Shown: in pieces, positions 23,095 to 24,000 of the stretch
Layout: each line of letters opens with the position of its first letter
Position numbering within the stretch: position 1 is the first letter of the stretch
NCBI GenBank assembly: GCA_021828155.1
Contig: JAKAST010000007.1
Coordinates: 9,425-33,424 of the forward strand
Origin: Candidatus Micrarchaeota archaeon
GTDB lineage: Archaea; Micrarchaeota; Micrarchaeia; Micrarchaeales; Micrarchaeaceae
DNA: 24,000 bases
Reading direction: 5' to 3'
Position numbers and translations under genes: made by a program
Notes under the pieces: model-generated
Databases searched by the model: none
The model's input: the letters and a program-made list of their open reading frames with translations, nothing else
What the model was told of the DNA's origin: nothing

Positions 23095-24000
23095 ATGGAG
23101 AGTAATCAAAACCGGGAGAGAGCGTTTGTCAAAAGGCAGGATCGCGTACTTGCCGCGCTGTTCGTGCTTGTTATAGCAGGCATAGCGTTCAGCGTCTATG
23201 CGTTCTACGCCACGCAGAACAGGATAAACACACTTGCGGTTGATATACTGTCGCTGCGGAACGGCACGGGCAGCAATTCCGGCTTTTTGGCGCAATTCAC
23301 ACAGTTCGGCACCAGGCTTACGAACATAGACCAGCAGCTCAACTCAAGCTTGCTGGCCGTCATAAACAATGCACCACAGTCGTATTTCGAGAAGGCGGGC
23401 ATGATGCTGCTTAATGGCAGCTTCGCAAACATGGTGCAGGTGCCTACAGCGAACACTATAGATAAGACACGGCAATTCGTATCTAACGGCAAACCCAGTG
23501 TGATCTACATAGGCGCTATATCATGCGTATACTGCGGCGAAAACAAGTGGGCGATGGCGCTTGCACTCGGGCAGTTTGGCAGCTTCACCAGCCTGTACAA
23601 GGGCTACAGCAGCTTCGGCGACTATGACGTGCCCACCCTGTACTGGACCCATGACAATTACACCACGCCAGAGGGCGTAAGCTACGGCAATGGCTACCAC
23701 AGCAACTACATAAACTTCTTCTCAGCTGACTACGACTCGCCTATTATCGGGAGCTTTAATGTGCAGCCGCTCAGCTATTTTGTGGTGCATGCTCCAAACT
23801 CCACCTATACAGCTGCCATGTCGTTCATGAATGACACCAACGCTTTCAGTGGTACTCCATTCACACTATGGGGCAACGTGCTGGTAGCCGGCGCCGATGG
23901 CAGTGTGTTCGGCAACACCACACCTACTGGCTCTACGTTGCCGTTGACCTACATGACCCACGCGCAGGTGCTCGCCCAGTTCAAGGGCTTCAGTGACAGG
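23095..24000 (+). CDS. DUF929-like membrane-anchored CxxC protein (3' end outside window)
   Basis: This frame is absent from the supplied track because it has no stop. It runs from the ATG at 23095 for 302 codons to the window edge, translated by hand. It has a signal-anchor VLAALFVLVIAGIAFSVYAFY. KPSVIYIGAISCVYCGENKWAMALALGQFGSF matches my recollection of the archaeal DUF929 thioredoxin-like family. AGGTG lies 7 nt before the ATG. Confidence 0.7.
   Translation, partial: MESNQNRERAFVKRQDRVLAALFVLVIAGIAFSVYAFYATQNRINTLAVDILSLRNGTGSNSGFLAQFTQFGTRLTNIDQQLNSSLLAVINNAPQSYFEKAGMMLLNGSFANMVQVPTANTIDKTRQFVSNGKPSVIYIGAISCVYCGENKWAMALALGQFGSFTSLYKGYSSFGDYDVPTLYWTHDNYTTPEGVSYGNGYHSNYINFFSADYDSPIIGSFNVQPLSYFVVHAPNSTYTAAMSFMNDTNAFSGTPFTLWGNVLVAGADGSVFGNTTPTGSTLPLTYMTHAQVLAQFKGFSDR

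Noticed and set aside
22948-23492. Minus-strand ORFs 22948..23295 and 23205..23492.
   Set aside because: They are antisense to the hand-translated, DUF929-like open frame starting at 23095. The first also begins at a TTG and spans the TATA-rich intergenic region.
1-24000. CRISPR arrays, IS elements or transposases, rRNA or SRP RNA genes, and long tandem repeats.
   Set aside because: Reading both strands, I saw no regularly spaced direct repeats, no transposase or integrase-like ORFs, and no long structured GC-rich non-coding stretch. The only sizeable non-coding region is 20223-20477.

Overview
This is a very compact archaeal chromosomal segment with about 26 protein genes and one intron-containing tRNA. 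There is almost no spacer DNA. A/T-rich TATA-like boxes sit 25-40 nt upstream of many start codons, and Ile codons are strongly ATA-biased.

Left third (27-9318): a stomatin-type SPFH protein is overlapped by a polybasic zinc-ribbon ORF. It is followed by a methyltransferase-fold / CDP-alcohol phosphatidyltransferase pair, a polytopic membrane protein, and an orphan 390-aa ORF with deviating codon usage. Next comes a cluster of membrane-anchored surface proteins rich in N-glycosylation sequons (DUF4382-like and CARDB-like) with a small wHTH regulator.

Centre (9382-16170): nuoHIJKLMN forms a self-contained unit with its own promoter-like boxes and no nuoABCD upstream.

Right third: geranylgeranyl reductase, a stand-alone single-repeat TBP-domain protein (111 aa), a GT4 glycosyltransferase and SRP54. 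A 255-nt A/T-rich spacer follows, holding a perfect 15-bp polypurine/polypyrimidine hairpin and a possible polybasic micro-ORF. After it come a DRG-type GTPase, a wHTH protein, tRNA-Arg(UCU) with a 39-nt bulge-helix-bulge intron that abuts a TatD hydrolase gene, and a DUF929-like CxxC protein that runs off the window end.

I found no CRISPR array, transposase, integrase or rRNA. The most unusual items are the half-size TBP, the compositionally foreign orphan ORF, the surface-protein/regulator cluster, the split nuo unit and the structured SRP54-DRG spacer. All family assignments come from motif recognition by eye and need HMM or structure searches. The lineage guess (acidophilic Thermoplasmata-like or DPANN-like archaeon) is weak.
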